Source of the DNA: a virus
DNA length: 64,000 nt
Strand: one strand, 5' to 3'
Virus record (IMG/VR): IMGVR_UViG_3300045988_153285
Location: 69,906-133,905 of that record
A program made the translations under genes and the position numbers. The notes under the pieces are model-generated. The model was given only the letters and a program-made list of their open reading frames with translations, did no database searches and had not been told where the DNA came from. Shown one piece after another: positions 8,133 to 19,135 of the stretch (the first letter of the stretch is position 1; every line of letters begins with the position of its first letter).

Positions 8133-9122
8133 ATGATGGGATTAAATATTTTTGATATTCAAGAAAACAAGGTAACTACAAATTTAAATCAATATGGAAT
8201 TATATTAATGAGTGAAACTGGTGATGGTAAAACAACAACAATGAATAATATATTAACTCAATTAGCAGATGGAGATAAGAAACCATTATTCATAATGTTA
8301 GAAGATCGATATCAACATATTCCAGGAATCAAAGCAATAAGAGTTAGAAATATGGGAGAATTAAATACAGTAAAATCACAATTAATGAACCCTAAAGCTA
8401 AAGAGTTATTTAGTTGTATAGTATTTGATACAGTTGATAAATTAGATTCAATGATTGAAAAATATGTTGCTGATTCAAAGGAAGTGCAAATAACTGGTGA
8501 TTTAGGGTTTGGAAAAGGTAATAAATACATAAAGAGTACAATTCAATTCATTACAGAGTTAAGAAATAATGGATGGACACCACATTATATAGCACAAGCT
8601 GTAAAAAATGAAGATATAACAACGAAGAGTGTAACTTATACAGTTAAGGTAAATAAAGAGATTTGGGGGCTTATTTCACATGATGCATATTTAATAGGAT
8701 TTTTAAGTGTAAATGCTAAAGGTGATAGATTAATTAATTTTAAGAAAACTAAAGAATATCCTCAATTAAAAGATTCTATAGGAATGCCAACGAATGTTAA
8801 ACCTCAAGAATTTAAAAAAGTTTTCAAAGAGGGAGTTACTAAAATGGCAGGTGGAATGCTTACAGATGAAGATACAATAAATGTAGTAGTTAATGATACT
8901 AGAGACTTTGAAGCTATAAAACAAAAGGGAATGGATTTAGGATCAGAACTTGCAGCTAATGGTTATTTAAATGATGCCATGTTTGTATTAAGTCAAACAA
9001 TAGGAACTGATGAAAATGGAAATGCTAAAATGTTCGATTCATTAATACCTGCTCAAATAGATTTAGCTGAAGTAGTGGTTCAAAAATTAGAAGAATTAAA
9101 GAGAACAAAAGGATTAGCTTAA
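8133..9122 (+). CDS. AAA_24 / Sak4-like RecA-fold ATPase
   Basis: Walker A SETGDGKTTT, Walker B IVFDTVDKL; size and position typical of phage Sak4-type recombination ATPases. Confidence 0.6.
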   Translation: MMGLNIFDIQENKVTTNLNQYGIILMSETGDGKTTTMNNILTQLADGDKKPLFIMLEDRYQHIPGIKAIRVRNMGELNTVKSQLMNPKAKELFSCIVFDTVDKLDSMIEKYVADSKEVQITGDLGFGKGNKYIKSTIQFITELRNNGWTPHYIAQAVKNEDITTKSVTYTVKVNKEIWGLISHDAYLIGFLSVNAKGDRLINFKKTKEYPQLKDSIGMPTNVKPQEFKKVFKEGVTKMAGGMLTDEDTINVVVNDTRDFEAIKQKGMDLGSELAANGYLNDAMFVLSQTIGTDENGNAKMFDSLIPAQIDLAEVVVQKLEELKRTKGLA

Positions 9123-9126
9123 ACGA

Positions 9127-9153
9127 ATAGGGGCGTATATCGTCCCTATTTTT
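9127..9153 (+). terminator. rho-independent terminator
   Basis: ATAGGGGCG-TATAT-CGTCCCTAT stem (one G-U) followed by TTTTT. Confidence 0.7.
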
Positions 9154-9175
9154 ATAAAGAGATGGGTGGTGTAAT

Positions 9176-9661
9176 ATGGCAAGATTAGCAAAATGTAAAT
9201 TGTGTGGGATCGAAATTCCCAAAGATGAGAAATTACTAATATCCAATAAAAGATATTGTAGATCTTGTTATGATATAAAGATTAAAGAAAATGAAGATTA
9301 TACTAATTTAAAATTAAATATATGTACAATATTTAATATTGATGTTCCAAGTGGGTTAATGTTGAAGCAAATAAAACAATTTAAAGAAGAATTGAATTAT
9401 ACATACGCAGGGATTAATTATTGTTTATGGTATTTAACTCAAATTAAAGGAGTTAAATTAGAATTTAAATATGGAATAGCTCTAGTTAAGTTTGAATATG
9501 AAAATTCAAAAAATTATTACATGCAACAATGCAAAATAAAAGAAAGTGTTAAACCACCACAAAATATAGAAATTAAGAAAATTATAAAGATGAAAACAAA
9601 TAGAGATTATAAAAATAAATTTCTAATTGATATAGATGATATTATAAAGGATGGTGTATGA
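9176..9661 (+). CDS. zinc-finger protein, unknown function (161 aa)
   Basis: ORF track; CKLCG...CRSC N-terminal Zn-ribbon. Confidence 0.7.
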   Translation: MARLAKCKLCGIEIPKDEKLLISNKRYCRSCYDIKIKENEDYTNLKLNICTIFNIDVPSGLMLKQIKQFKEELNYTYAGINYCLWYLTQIKGVKLEFKYGIALVKFEYENSKNYYMQQCKIKESVKPPQNIEIKKIIKMKTNRDYKNKFLIDIDDIIKDGV

Positions 9662-11297
9662 TATGAAATTTCAAGGATTGACAGATAAAAGAAATATATA
9701 TTTATTGTTAGGTTGTTATTGTAATAATCCTAAATTCATACTAGATGATAAATACAAAACTTGTCCTTCAGATTATCCAGAAAAGTTCCATAAGATAATA
9801 TTTGGAGCAATATTTAATATTGCTAAGAAATCAAATGTTAACAAAATTACAGCAGTTGAAATTGAAAATGAATTAAGTTCGTTCAAAACATCTTTTGATA
9901 TATGGAATATAAATAATGGATTTGATTATATAGAAGGTGCTATACAAGAAACAAAAGACAAAGCATTCAATGTAGATTTATACAGAGATGAGGTTAGAAA
10001 ATATAGCATACTGAGAAATGCAGCAGAAGAATTAGGTTTAGACATATCTTTCATTTATGAAGAGTTTGATGAGTTGGATACTACAGATTTAAGATTAAAA
10101 GAAAAACAATCAAAAATGGAAAAATTCAATAATATGAAAAGTATAGAAGTTTCATCTTTAATAAATAATAAATATTTAAATTTTAAAAACATGTGGGATG
10201 ATAAGTTCTCAGATAATTATAGTTTTCATATAGGGGACGGAATTGATGAAAGGTTGGAAGCTCATAAAAATCAAGATGATTCGTGGGGTTATCCGTTCCA
10301 AAGCGGATATATGACTACTGCCTTTAGAGGAATGAGAGGGAAGAAGTTCATGATTAGATCTAGTATATCGGGAGGTGGAAAATCTAGGTCTTCGATGGCA
10401 GAAGCATGTAATATAGGTTGTGATAGGATTTATGATTGGGGGAGTCGTCAGTGGATTAGTACTGGTGAAAAACAACCATGTTTATTCATATCAACAGAAT
10501 TAACAAAAGAAGAAATTCAAGATTGTATACTGGCTCATATCAGTGGTATTGAGGAGGATAGAATTGGAGAATGGAGAGATATAACTGACGAAGAATATGA
10601 AATATTAAAGGAATCATCAAGGTTAATGAAAGAATCATGTGTTTATGGTGAACATTTACCAGATTTCACAATAGATTTAATAGCTGATACTATTGAGGAA
10701 TATGTATTAAATTATAATATAAGATATGCTTTTTTCGATTATATAAATGATTCACCATCATTATATTCTTATTATATGGAAAAGACTGGTGTTAGATTAC
10801 AAACACATCAAATACTATTCTTATTCTCTCAATCACTAAAAGCTATGGCAAATAAATATGATATTTATTTAGGAAGTGCAACTCAATTGTCATCTAACTG
10901 GAAAGAAGAAAAGGATGCAAATGCACTAAAAGGTTCTAAAGCTATAATAGAAAAGGCTGATTATGGGGTGATATCATTACCAGCAACTCCACAAGATCTA
11001 AAAAAATTAAAATCTGTATTGGAAAGCGGGTTTTATGAAACTCCTAATTATTGCTATCATATATTCAAAAATAGAGGTGGAAAATGGAATTCAATTGTAA
11101 TCTGGACAAAGTTAAACATGGGTACTATGAGGGAAAAAGATTGCTTTGTTACTAATACTGAATTTGAAATAATATCAGATATTGAAAAGACAATATTAGA
11201 ATTTGAATTAGATTATATTGGAAATGCCACTGAATTTGAAGCTACAGATGCAAATGCTAAAGAATACATAGAAGAATTAAATAAAACTAAGCTGTAA
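9651..11297 (+). CDS. DnaB-like replicative DNA helicase
   Basis: P-loop SISGGGKSRS, Walker B-like AFFDYIND, RecA-fold C-terminal domain; start may be ATG 9663. Confidence 0.65.
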   Translation: MVYDMKFQGLTDKRNIYLLLGCYCNNPKFILDDKYKTCPSDYPEKFHKIIFGAIFNIAKKSNVNKITAVEIENELSSFKTSFDIWNINNGFDYIEGAIQETKDKAFNVDLYRDEVRKYSILRNAAEELGLDISFIYEEFDELDTTDLRLKEKQSKMEKFNNMKSIEVSSLINNKYLNFKNMWDDKFSDNYSFHIGDGIDERLEAHKNQDDSWGYPFQSGYMTTAFRGMRGKKFMIRSSISGGGKSRSSMAEACNIGCDRIYDWGSRQWISTGEKQPCLFISTELTKEEIQDCILAHISGIEEDRIGEWRDITDEEYEILKESSRLMKESCVYGEHLPDFTIDLIADTIEEYVLNYNIRYAFFDYINDSPSLYSYYMEKTGVRLQTHQILFLFSQSLKAMANKYDIYLGSATQLSSNWKEEKDANALKGSKAIIEKADYGVISLPATPQDLKKLKSVLESGFYETPNYCYHIFKNRGGKWNSIVIWTKLNMGTMREKDCFVTNTEFEIISDIEKTILEFELDYIGNATEFEATDANAKEYIEELNKTKL

Positions 11298-11310
11298 AGT
11301 AGGTGTTCAA

Positions 11311-12393
11311 ATGGACGCTAAAGAATTAAAGAATAAATTGAATAGTGAACAAATCAAGATTATACTTGAAAATTTAGGCGGCGTAATTTGGTATGAAGAT
11401 GATGATAAATTGATATTAAATACAATATGTCATGGAGGGGATTCACCAAATAAGTTATATTATCTAAAAGAAGAGAAGCACTTTTTTTGTTACACTCATT
11501 GTGGACAAACTGATATATTTGCAATAGTTTCAGAGGTGAAAGACTTCAATTTACCACAAAGTATAAATTATATTTGTACATTATTAGGAATATCTCAAAT
11601 AAAAGAAGGTTTTGGACAAGATTGTGCAGATGTATTAGATGATTGGAGTTTTATAAATTCATATAAACGTAAATATGAAAAAATAAATAAAGTTGAAAAA
11701 TCATATGAAGTATTAAATAATAAAATATTAAATATGTTTCAAAATATTTATACTAATGAGTGGATAAATGATGGTATTTCAAAAGAAGTTATGGAAAAAT
11801 ACAATATAATGTATTCTACATTAAAACAATCAATCGTAATCCCACATTATAGTATTAACGGAGATTTAATTGGTATTAGACAAAGAGCAACAATTCAAGA
11901 AGACATTGATTGTTTTGGAAAATATACTCCTTTTTCAATTTGTGGTGAAATGTACAATCATCCATTATCTACAAACTTGTATGGGTTAAATATAAATAAA
12001 GATTGCATAAAAAGAACTAAGAAAGTAATGATTGTTGAATCTGAAAAGGGGACTTTACAAGCAGCTACAATGTTTGGAATAGATAATAATTTTACAGTGG
12101 CTTTATGTGGTTGTTCTAAAATAAGTAAAATTCAAAGAAAATTATTACAAGATTTAGGTGTCATAGAGGTGATAATTGCATTAGATCGTCAATATGAAAA
12201 AGTTGATAGCGAGGAATATAATAAATGGAGAAAACATATAAGCGAAAAAATAATTAATCCATTATTACCATACTTTAACGTAAGTGTAATATGGGATACA
12301 GAAGGTTTATTAGGATTTAAAGATAGTCCAACAGATAGAGGGAAAGAAACATTATTAAGATTAATGAAATCAAAAATTAAAATAAGTGGGTGA
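11311..12393 (+). CDS. DNA primase (CHC2 zinc finger + Toprim)
   Basis: CHGGDSPNKLYY...FFCYTHCG zinc finger; Toprim MIVESEKGT and IALDRQ. Confidence 0.75.
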   Translation: MDAKELKNKLNSEQIKIILENLGGVIWYEDDDKLILNTICHGGDSPNKLYYLKEEKHFFCYTHCGQTDIFAIVSEVKDFNLPQSINYICTLLGISQIKEGFGQDCADVLDDWSFINSYKRKYEKINKVEKSYEVLNNKILNMFQNIYTNEWINDGISKEVMEKYNIMYSTLKQSIVIPHYSINGDLIGIRQRATIQEDIDCFGKYTPFSICGEMYNHPLSTNLYGLNINKDCIKRTKKVMIVESEKGTLQAATMFGIDNNFTVALCGCSKISKIQRKLLQDLGVIEVIIALDRQYEKVDSEEYNKWRKHISEKIINPLLPYFNVSVIWDTEGLLGFKDSPTDRGKETLLRLMKSKIKISG

Positions 12394-12397
12394 TATT

Positions 12398-14140
12398 ATG
12401 AATTTTAAAATTGAAAAAAGAAATAAATTAAACATAGGGTTCGGAAATGTATTAGAATCATTGTTAAAAGTTAGAGGTGTTGAAGATGTAAATAAATTTC
12501 TAAATTTAACAGATGATGTTATAGAGGATATTAATAATTATGATAACATTGAAGTAGCTTCCCATATATTACTTGAACATTTAAAATGTAATAGTAAAAT
12601 TGCAATAATAGTTGATAATGATGGTGATGGTTTTTCTAGTGCAGCTTTATTATATAATTACATAAAACGAATAAAACCTTCAATTAAATTAGAGTATTTA
12701 ATTCATAGCAATAAGGCTCATGGTTTAACTGAAGAGATGATGGAAAATATAAGAGCGGGAAATTATAATTTATTATTTATACCTGATGCTGGTAGTGGAA
12801 ATATACAGCAACATAAGATATTGAAAGAAAAACTAGCTATGGATATTATAGTATTAGATCATCACCAATGCAATAAATATTCTCCATATGCTTGTGTTGT
12901 AAATAATCAAATGTCTAAAAATGTGAGGAATAAATCAATCACAGGAGTTGGAGTCACATATAAGTTTTGCAAGTATATTGACAATATACTGAATTTAAAT
13001 GTAGCAGATGATTTTTTAGACTTATTAGCATATGGTATGGTTAGTGATAGTGCTGATTTAAGAGAATTGGAAAGTAGATATTTAGTATTGGAAGGATTGA
13101 ATAGAATTCAAGATGGTGTAAATTCAAATGAACTTTTAAAGAAACTATATAAATCTAAATCATATTCGATGAATAATAAATGTACAATAAGTGGAATGGC
13201 TTTTTACATGTGTCCTGCTATAAATTGTATAATACGTGGAGGAGATTTAGAGATAAAGACAATATTATTCAAGGCATTTATAGGTTCAGATGAAATATTT
13301 AAAGATAAAATTAGAGGTAAAGGTGAAGTTGAATTATCAGTTGAAGATTATATATTAAGAGTTTATACAAAATTAAAAAAGGTTCAAGATAAAGCTGCGG
13401 AAGAAGGAGTTGAGTTGATGAAAAATCAAATTAATCAATTTAACTTAAATAATAGTGAAATTATTATTGTCAATGGAACTGAAATAGAAAATAAAACTTA
13501 TAATAGATTAATAGTTAATAAATTATGCAGCGCTTATAATAAACATATACTTCTATTAAGTGAAACTGGAAGTTCACTATCTGGTAGTGGAACTGGAGCA
13601 AAAAATAAAGAGATTTCTGATTTTAGAAAATGGTGCGAATTAACTGGATTATTTAATTATTGTGAAGGACACCCTTCTGCATTTGGATGTCAAATTCCAA
13701 CATATAATATAAATAAATTATACGAATTGATATCAACAATTCCTTCAAGTGATGTATTAGTATATAACGTGGATGAAATATTTACAGAGAAATCTTTAAA
13801 TAAAGCTACTGTATCATTTATAGGTAGCTATGATTATATATGGGGTAATAAATTAGATGAACCTATATTTGCAATAGAAGATATTATTGTTGACTCTAAT
13901 AACATCAAGTTAATGGGAAAAAATAAAAATACTATAAAAATAATACATAATGGAATTGAGTTTATAAAGTTCAAGTCATCTGAAGATGAGTATAATAATA
14001 TAATGAAAAATAAACATAATATTTTTACAATAGTAGGAAAATTTAAAGTTAATGAATATTGTGGTAATACTACACCACAAGTATTAATTGAAGATTATAA
14101 ATATAAAGCTACAGAAGTAAAACCAAAATTTATATTTTAA
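12398..14140 (+). CDS. DHH-family phosphoesterase / RecJ-like ssDNA exonuclease
   Basis: DHH motifs IVDNDGDGFSS, FIPDAG, VLDHHQ. Track start GTG 12386 moved to ATG 12398 after GTGGGTGA. Confidence 0.65.
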   Translation: MNFKIEKRNKLNIGFGNVLESLLKVRGVEDVNKFLNLTDDVIEDINNYDNIEVASHILLEHLKCNSKIAIIVDNDGDGFSSAALLYNYIKRIKPSIKLEYLIHSNKAHGLTEEMMENIRAGNYNLLFIPDAGSGNIQQHKILKEKLAMDIIVLDHHQCNKYSPYACVVNNQMSKNVRNKSITGVGVTYKFCKYIDNILNLNVADDFLDLLAYGMVSDSADLRELESRYLVLEGLNRIQDGVNSNELLKKLYKSKSYSMNNKCTISGMAFYMCPAINCIIRGGDLEIKTILFKAFIGSDEIFKDKIRGKGEVELSVEDYILRVYTKLKKVQDKAAEEGVELMKNQINQFNLNNSEIIIVNGTEIENKTYNRLIVNKLCSAYNKHILLLSETGSSLSGSGTGAKNKEISDFRKWCELTGLFNYCEGHPSAFGCQIPTYNINKLYELISTIPSSDVLVYNVDEIFTEKSLNKATVSFIGSYDYIWGNKLDEPIFAIEDIIVDSNNIKLMGKNKNTIKIIHNGIEFIKFKSSEDEYNNIMKNKHNIFTIVGKFKVNEYCGNTTPQVLIEDYKYKATEVKPKFIF

Positions 14141-14189
14141 ATATAAATTAATAAAATATATTGACAAATAAATTGAATTTTGTTAACTT
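14141..14189 (+). promoter_or_regulatory. promoter with conserved upstream box (copy 3)
   Basis: ATATAAATTAATAAAAT 14141-14157, 3 nt, TTGACA 14161-14166; weak -10 TAACTT 14184-14189 with a TG 1 nt upstream. Confidence 0.55.
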
Positions 14190-14209
14190 GAATATGAGGT
14201 GATGAAAAT

Positions 14210-16735
14210 ATGAAGTATGACATAATAGCTTATGATTTTGAGGTATTCAGTAAAGCTAAATGGTGGATGGTTGTTTTTATTGATTATGAAACTAGAGAAA
14301 AAACTATAATATTAAATAATAAACAGGAGCTAGAGGAATACTATAGATTACACAAAGATGATATTTTTATAGGGTATAATTCTAGGGGATATGACCAATG
14401 GATTTTAAAAGGAATATTATTAGGTAAAGATCCATTTAAAATTAATGATGGTATTATAGAAGAAGATAAAAAAGGCCATCAATTATTAAGAAATGCCAAA
14501 GAAGTCGTTTTAAATAATTTTGATGTTGCTAATCCTATGAATAGCTTAAAACAATTGGAGGGTTTCATGGGAAGTATGATTAAAGAATCATCAGTACCAT
14601 TTGATTTAGATAGACCTTTAACAGAAGATGAAATACAAGAAACGATAAAATATTGTACACATGATGTAGAAGAAACGATAAAAGTTTTTGAATATAAAAA
14701 AGAAGATTTTGATAGCCAACTATTATTAATTGAAACTTTTGATTTAGGAATGGATATGTTCAATAAAACTAAAGCACAATTATCAGCTCATATTCTTGGA
14801 ACTGTAAAACAAGAATCTATAGATGATGAATTTGATTTTGAATTTCCAAAAACATTAATTTTAAATAAATATAAATACATACAAGATTGGTACAGAAATC
14901 CAAGGAATTTAACTTACGATAGAAAATTAGAAGTTGAGGTTGCTGGATGTCCTACAACATTTGCTTATGGTGGGGTTCATGGTGCAAAATCTAATTGTTT
15001 CAGAGAAGGTATAATATTATGTTTTGACGTTGCATCCCTATATCCATCAATTATGATAAATTATAATTGTCTTAGTAGGAACGTATTGGAACCTAAAAAA
15101 TATGAAGAAATAAAACACCAAAGATTAGAGTTTAAGAAACAAAAAGATAAAAGGCAAGCTCCACTAAAAATCGTATTAAATTCAACTTACGGTATATTGA
15201 AAGATAAAAACAATCCTTTTTATGATCCTAGAATGAGTAATCAAGTTTGTGTTACTGGGCAATTACTACTTTTAGATTTAGTTGAGAAAGTTGAACACTT
15301 AGGTGAAGTGTTACAGATGAATACTGATGGTGTTTACATGTATATGAAAGACATGGAATCTGTTGAAAAAGTAAAGCAAATTGCACATGAATGGGAAAGA
15401 AGAACAATGTTAGAGTTGGAGTTTGATATTTACGCTAAGATATACCAAAGAGATGTAAATAATTATATTATAGTTGATGAAAATGGTCACTATAAATCTA
15501 AAGGTTGTGTGAAGAAAAAGTCTCCAATTGATTACGATTTACCTATTATAACTAAAGCAATTATAAATTATTGTGTAAATGATATACCAATAGAAGACAC
15601 AATAAATAATTGTGACGACTTAATGGAGTTTCAAAAAATAGTAAAAGTATCAAAGCTATATAAATATGCTTATTATGGTACAGTAAAACAAATAACAGAA
15701 GGTAAGAATAAATTTACTGTTAGAGATGAGGGAATTAAATTACCAGAAAAAGTATTAAGAGTATTTGCCTCATCAAGAGATGATGATAAAGGAGTATTCA
15801 AAGTAAAAAATGAAAAGAAAGTAGAGAAAATAGCTAATACTCCAGATAAATGTTTTATATTTAATGAGGATGTTAAGTATGAAAAATGCCCAGACTATTT
15901 AGATAGATCATATTATATTGAATTAGCCAAAGAACAATTAAATGATTTCCTTGGGCTAAATGATAAAGTTATAAAAATTAAAAAAAGTAATGAAGAACAG
16001 ATATTAGAGGTATTAAATAAAAATTACACTGATTTTTACGATGTTCTAGTAGATATAAAGTTAAATACAAATATAACTAATGCGATTCTATTGAAATATA
16101 TAAATATAGAAGCATTCAATAGATTTGGTAAGTGTAAAAAGCTATCAAAGTACTTAAATTTATTTAAAATGATATACGGCAAGAAAAGTGTAACACCTAA
16201 AATGATAAAAGATATAAATAATGATGAAATATTAGATATATTGAAATCTAATTGCGATTATGATTCTATCAAGAATACATATAAGAACTTAAATAGTGAA
16301 CAAGCTCTTAGAGATATATTTAAATATTTACCAGATGAGGATATTCATATCTCAACAAAAATAAAACAAGAGTATGACTTGTATGATGATTTAACAATAA
16401 AAGATTCTTCACTAGATGAAAATTTAATTTTCATAATGAATATAAACAATACAAAAAATCCTTCCATCATAGCTTATAACTTAAAGTATGGAGTCGTAAA
16501 TATACTTAAAATTAATAAAGAAATATTCAATATATTAGAATTAAGAGTTGGAGACTTTGTTTATATAAAATCGATGGAACGAAAACCAAAAGTCAAAGTT
16601 ATAGATAAGGTGGATGGTGTTAATGTATTAGGGTGTTCTGAAGAGTTTTATGATTGGTGGTTAAATGAGTATGAAATCATACTTAGAGATTATGGTAAAA
16701 ACAATAAATTAATTGTAGATACTGAAATGGAGTGA
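14210..16735 (+). CDS. family B DNA polymerase
   Basis: Exo I YDFEV; pol motif A DVASLYPSIM, motif B KIVLNSTYG, motif C QMNTDGV. Confidence 0.8.
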   Translation: MKYDIIAYDFEVFSKAKWWMVVFIDYETREKTIILNNKQELEEYYRLHKDDIFIGYNSRGYDQWILKGILLGKDPFKINDGIIEEDKKGHQLLRNAKEVVLNNFDVANPMNSLKQLEGFMGSMIKESSVPFDLDRPLTEDEIQETIKYCTHDVEETIKVFEYKKEDFDSQLLLIETFDLGMDMFNKTKAQLSAHILGTVKQESIDDEFDFEFPKTLILNKYKYIQDWYRNPRNLTYDRKLEVEVAGCPTTFAYGGVHGAKSNCFREGIILCFDVASLYPSIMINYNCLSRNVLEPKKYEEIKHQRLEFKKQKDKRQAPLKIVLNSTYGILKDKNNPFYDPRMSNQVCVTGQLLLLDLVEKVEHLGEVLQMNTDGVYMYMKDMESVEKVKQIAHEWERRTMLELEFDIYAKIYQRDVNNYIIVDENGHYKSKGCVKKKSPIDYDLPIITKAIINYCVNDIPIEDTINNCDDLMEFQKIVKVSKLYKYAYYGTVKQITEGKNKFTVRDEGIKLPEKVLRVFASSRDDDKGVFKVKNEKKVEKIANTPDKCFIFNEDVKYEKCPDYLDRSYYIELAKEQLNDFLGLNDKVIKIKKSNEEQILEVLNKNYTDFYDVLVDIKLNTNITNAILLKYINIEAFNRFGKCKKLSKYLNLFKMIYGKKSVTPKMIKDINNDEILDILKSNCDYDSIKNTYKNLNSEQALRDIFKYLPDEDIHISTKIKQEYDLYDDLTIKDSSLDENLIFIMNINNTKNPSIIAYNLKYGVVNILKINKEIFNILELRVGDFVYIKSMERKPKVKVIDKVDGVNVLGCSEEFYDWWLNEYEIILRDYGKNNKLIVDTEME

Positions 16736-16739
16736 TAAT

Positions 16740-18971
16740 ATGAATAAAGAAAATATTGTAAAATGTATAGTTGAGTTAGGGAAGGTATTCTTCCCTAAAG
16801 GTAAATCTCATATAAAATCAGGTGAATTTGGTATATTTGTCGCTGATATAATTGAACCAATAGATAATTGTGAAAATATATATAAGAACATCAAATTAAA
16901 AGGTACTTGCTGTGAAATACAATATGGTGAAAAATATAAAGTATCTTGTAAATTATGTGATGTAAATGAGAAGTTTGGGAATACATATGAAATAGTATAT
17001 ATAAATAGAATTGTTGATTTAAAAGATGAAGTCAAGCAAAAGAATTTTTTAATGTCAATATTAAATGAGAATGTTGTAGCAAGATTGTACGATGAATGTG
17101 AAAATGTCATAGATTTATTAGATAATGAAGATGTAGAAAGTTTAAGTAAGATTAAAGGAATTGGTGTAAAATCAGCAATGAGATTAATTGAGAAATATAA
17201 AGATTGTAAGGATTACAGTGAAGTATATTCTGAACTAGGCCATTTAGGTTTTACAAGTAACTTAATAAAGAGATTGGTAGATTATTATAAATCACCAGAT
17301 GTTGTAATTGATATAGTTAAAACTAATCCATATCAGTTAGTAAATGTAGATGGTATTGGATTTAAAAAGGCAGATGAAATAGCAGCTAAAACTGGAATAA
17401 AAGGAGCTAATCCAAACAGAATTAAAGGTTGCATATTGTATATATTAAATCAATCAGGTGAAATAGGTAAAAGTTTTTTACATTATAGTGATTTATTGAA
17501 GCAATTAAGCGATAATATTGGGTTTATTGAACAGGATGTTATAAATAAGGTTGCTAGTGATTTAATATCAAAGAATGAAGTTTATTTAAGTGAAAATGGG
17601 GAGTACATTGGTTTAAAAAAATATTATAATTTAGAAAATAAAATTAAAAATGAATTATTAAGAATAGCTAATAGTGAAAGTAAAATGAAAATAAACAATA
17701 TTGAAGAAACAATACAATTAACAGAAAAAGATCAAGGATTTGATTTCACAGAAGAACAAAGAAATGCAATTATTGAATTTACAAAAGCAAATGTATTAGC
17801 ATTAACTGGAGGTGCTGGTTGTGGTAAAACTAGTGTGTCTAAGGGTATGATGGATTTGATAAAGAAATATTCAATATGTGCATGCGCTTTAAGTGGAAAA
17901 GCTTCTGTTAGAATTACTGAGGCTACTGGAATAGAAGCAAGCACAATACATAGATTATTAGGATTCCAACATGGAGAGTTTGTGTACAATAAAAAGAATC
18001 AATTAATTGCTGATGCAGTATTTTTAGATGAAGCTACTATGGTCAACGGTGAATTATTTTTAAGTCTATTAGAGGCAATTCCAAATGGTTGTAAATTAGT
18101 AATGATGGGTGACGTGCAACAATTAACACCTATTGGAAGTTGTCAAGTATTCGCAGATGTATTGAGTTCAAAATCCATAACTTCATGTAAATTAACAAAA
18201 CCTCATAGACAAGCTATGAAATCAGGAATTATTCCATTATCAATGAATATAATAAATCAAAATAATATATTTGATTCAACATTTGAAGGTAGAACTATAT
18301 TAGGTGAGTTAAAAGACATGGAATTGAATATATATAAATCGAATGAATCGCATTTAAATGAAGTAGTTGAGTGTTTCATGAGGGAGTATAACAAGACAAA
18401 TGATTTAATGGAAACCCAAATAATAGCACCAATGAGAAATAGAGGAGACTTCTCAACATATGCAATTAACATTGAAGTTCAAAAAAGAATAAATCCCATT
18501 AATTCAAATAGAAAACATATAACTGTGTCGCTAGATAAGGAAAGATTTTATACTATTCAAGTAGGGGATAAAGTTATAAATACTAAAAATAATTATAAAT
18601 CGAAAAATGCAGATGGTATTGAAGTTCCCGTTTTTAATGGAAATATGGGTATTGTTAAAGATATAGATGGTGAGTTAATTACAGTAGACTTTATAGGTAT
18701 TGGTGAATTAATATTAGATGCAAAAGGCGCAAAGAGTTTAGAGTTAGGCTATGCAATTACAATACATAAAAGTCAAGGTTCTGGATTTTCAACTGTAATT
18801 GGAGCTATAGACTCATCTGCATATGTTTTATTAAATGCTGAATTATTATATACATTGGTAACTAGAGCTAAAAAGTATTGTGTGTTAATTGGTAAAAATA
18901 CAGCAATCAGAACTGCGATCAAAAAAAGAGAAATAAAAAATAAACAAACATATTTAAATAATATTTTATAG
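16740..18971 (+). CDS. RecD/RecD2-like SF1 helicase
   Basis: LTGGAGCGKTS (I), LDEATMV (II), GDVQQLTPIG (III), ITIHKSQGS (V/VI region). Confidence 0.85.
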   Translation: MNKENIVKCIVELGKVFFPKGKSHIKSGEFGIFVADIIEPIDNCENIYKNIKLKGTCCEIQYGEKYKVSCKLCDVNEKFGNTYEIVYINRIVDLKDEVKQKNFLMSILNENVVARLYDECENVIDLLDNEDVESLSKIKGIGVKSAMRLIEKYKDCKDYSEVYSELGHLGFTSNLIKRLVDYYKSPDVVIDIVKTNPYQLVNVDGIGFKKADEIAAKTGIKGANPNRIKGCILYILNQSGEIGKSFLHYSDLLKQLSDNIGFIEQDVINKVASDLISKNEVYLSENGEYIGLKKYYNLENKIKNELLRIANSESKMKINNIEETIQLTEKDQGFDFTEEQRNAIIEFTKANVLALTGGAGCGKTSVSKGMMDLIKKYSICACALSGKASVRITEATGIEASTIHRLLGFQHGEFVYNKKNQLIADAVFLDEATMVNGELFLSLLEAIPNGCKLVMMGDVQQLTPIGSCQVFADVLSSKSITSCKLTKPHRQAMKSGIIPLSMNIINQNNIFDSTFEGRTILGELKDMELNIYKSNESHLNEVVECFMREYNKTNDLMETQIIAPMRNRGDFSTYAINIEVQKRINPINSNRKHITVSLDKERFYTIQVGDKVINTKNNYKSKNADGIEVPVFNGNMGIVKDIDGELITVDFIGIGELILDAKGAKSLELGYAITIHKSQGSGFSTVIGAIDSSAYVLLNAELLYTLVTRAKKYCVLIGKNTAIRTAIKKREIKNKQTYLNNIL

Positions 18972-19028
18972 TTAAATTTTCAAATAAAAGTCTAGTTTTA
19001 TAAAAATTAAAATAATAGGAGTGATTAA

Positions 19029-19121
19029 ATGAAATATGTAATGAGTGATATACATGGTTGTTACGATGAATTTATAAATATGTTAGAGTTAATTAACTTT
19101 AATGAAGGTGATGAATTATAA
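19029..19121 (+). pseudogene. N-terminal remnant of a calcineurin-like metallophosphoesterase gene (30 codons)
   Basis: [30 protein letters not shown] carries the SDIHG motif I but stops just before the expected GDxxDRG motif. Confidence 0.6.
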
Positions 19122-19135
19122 AAGGAGTGAATGAT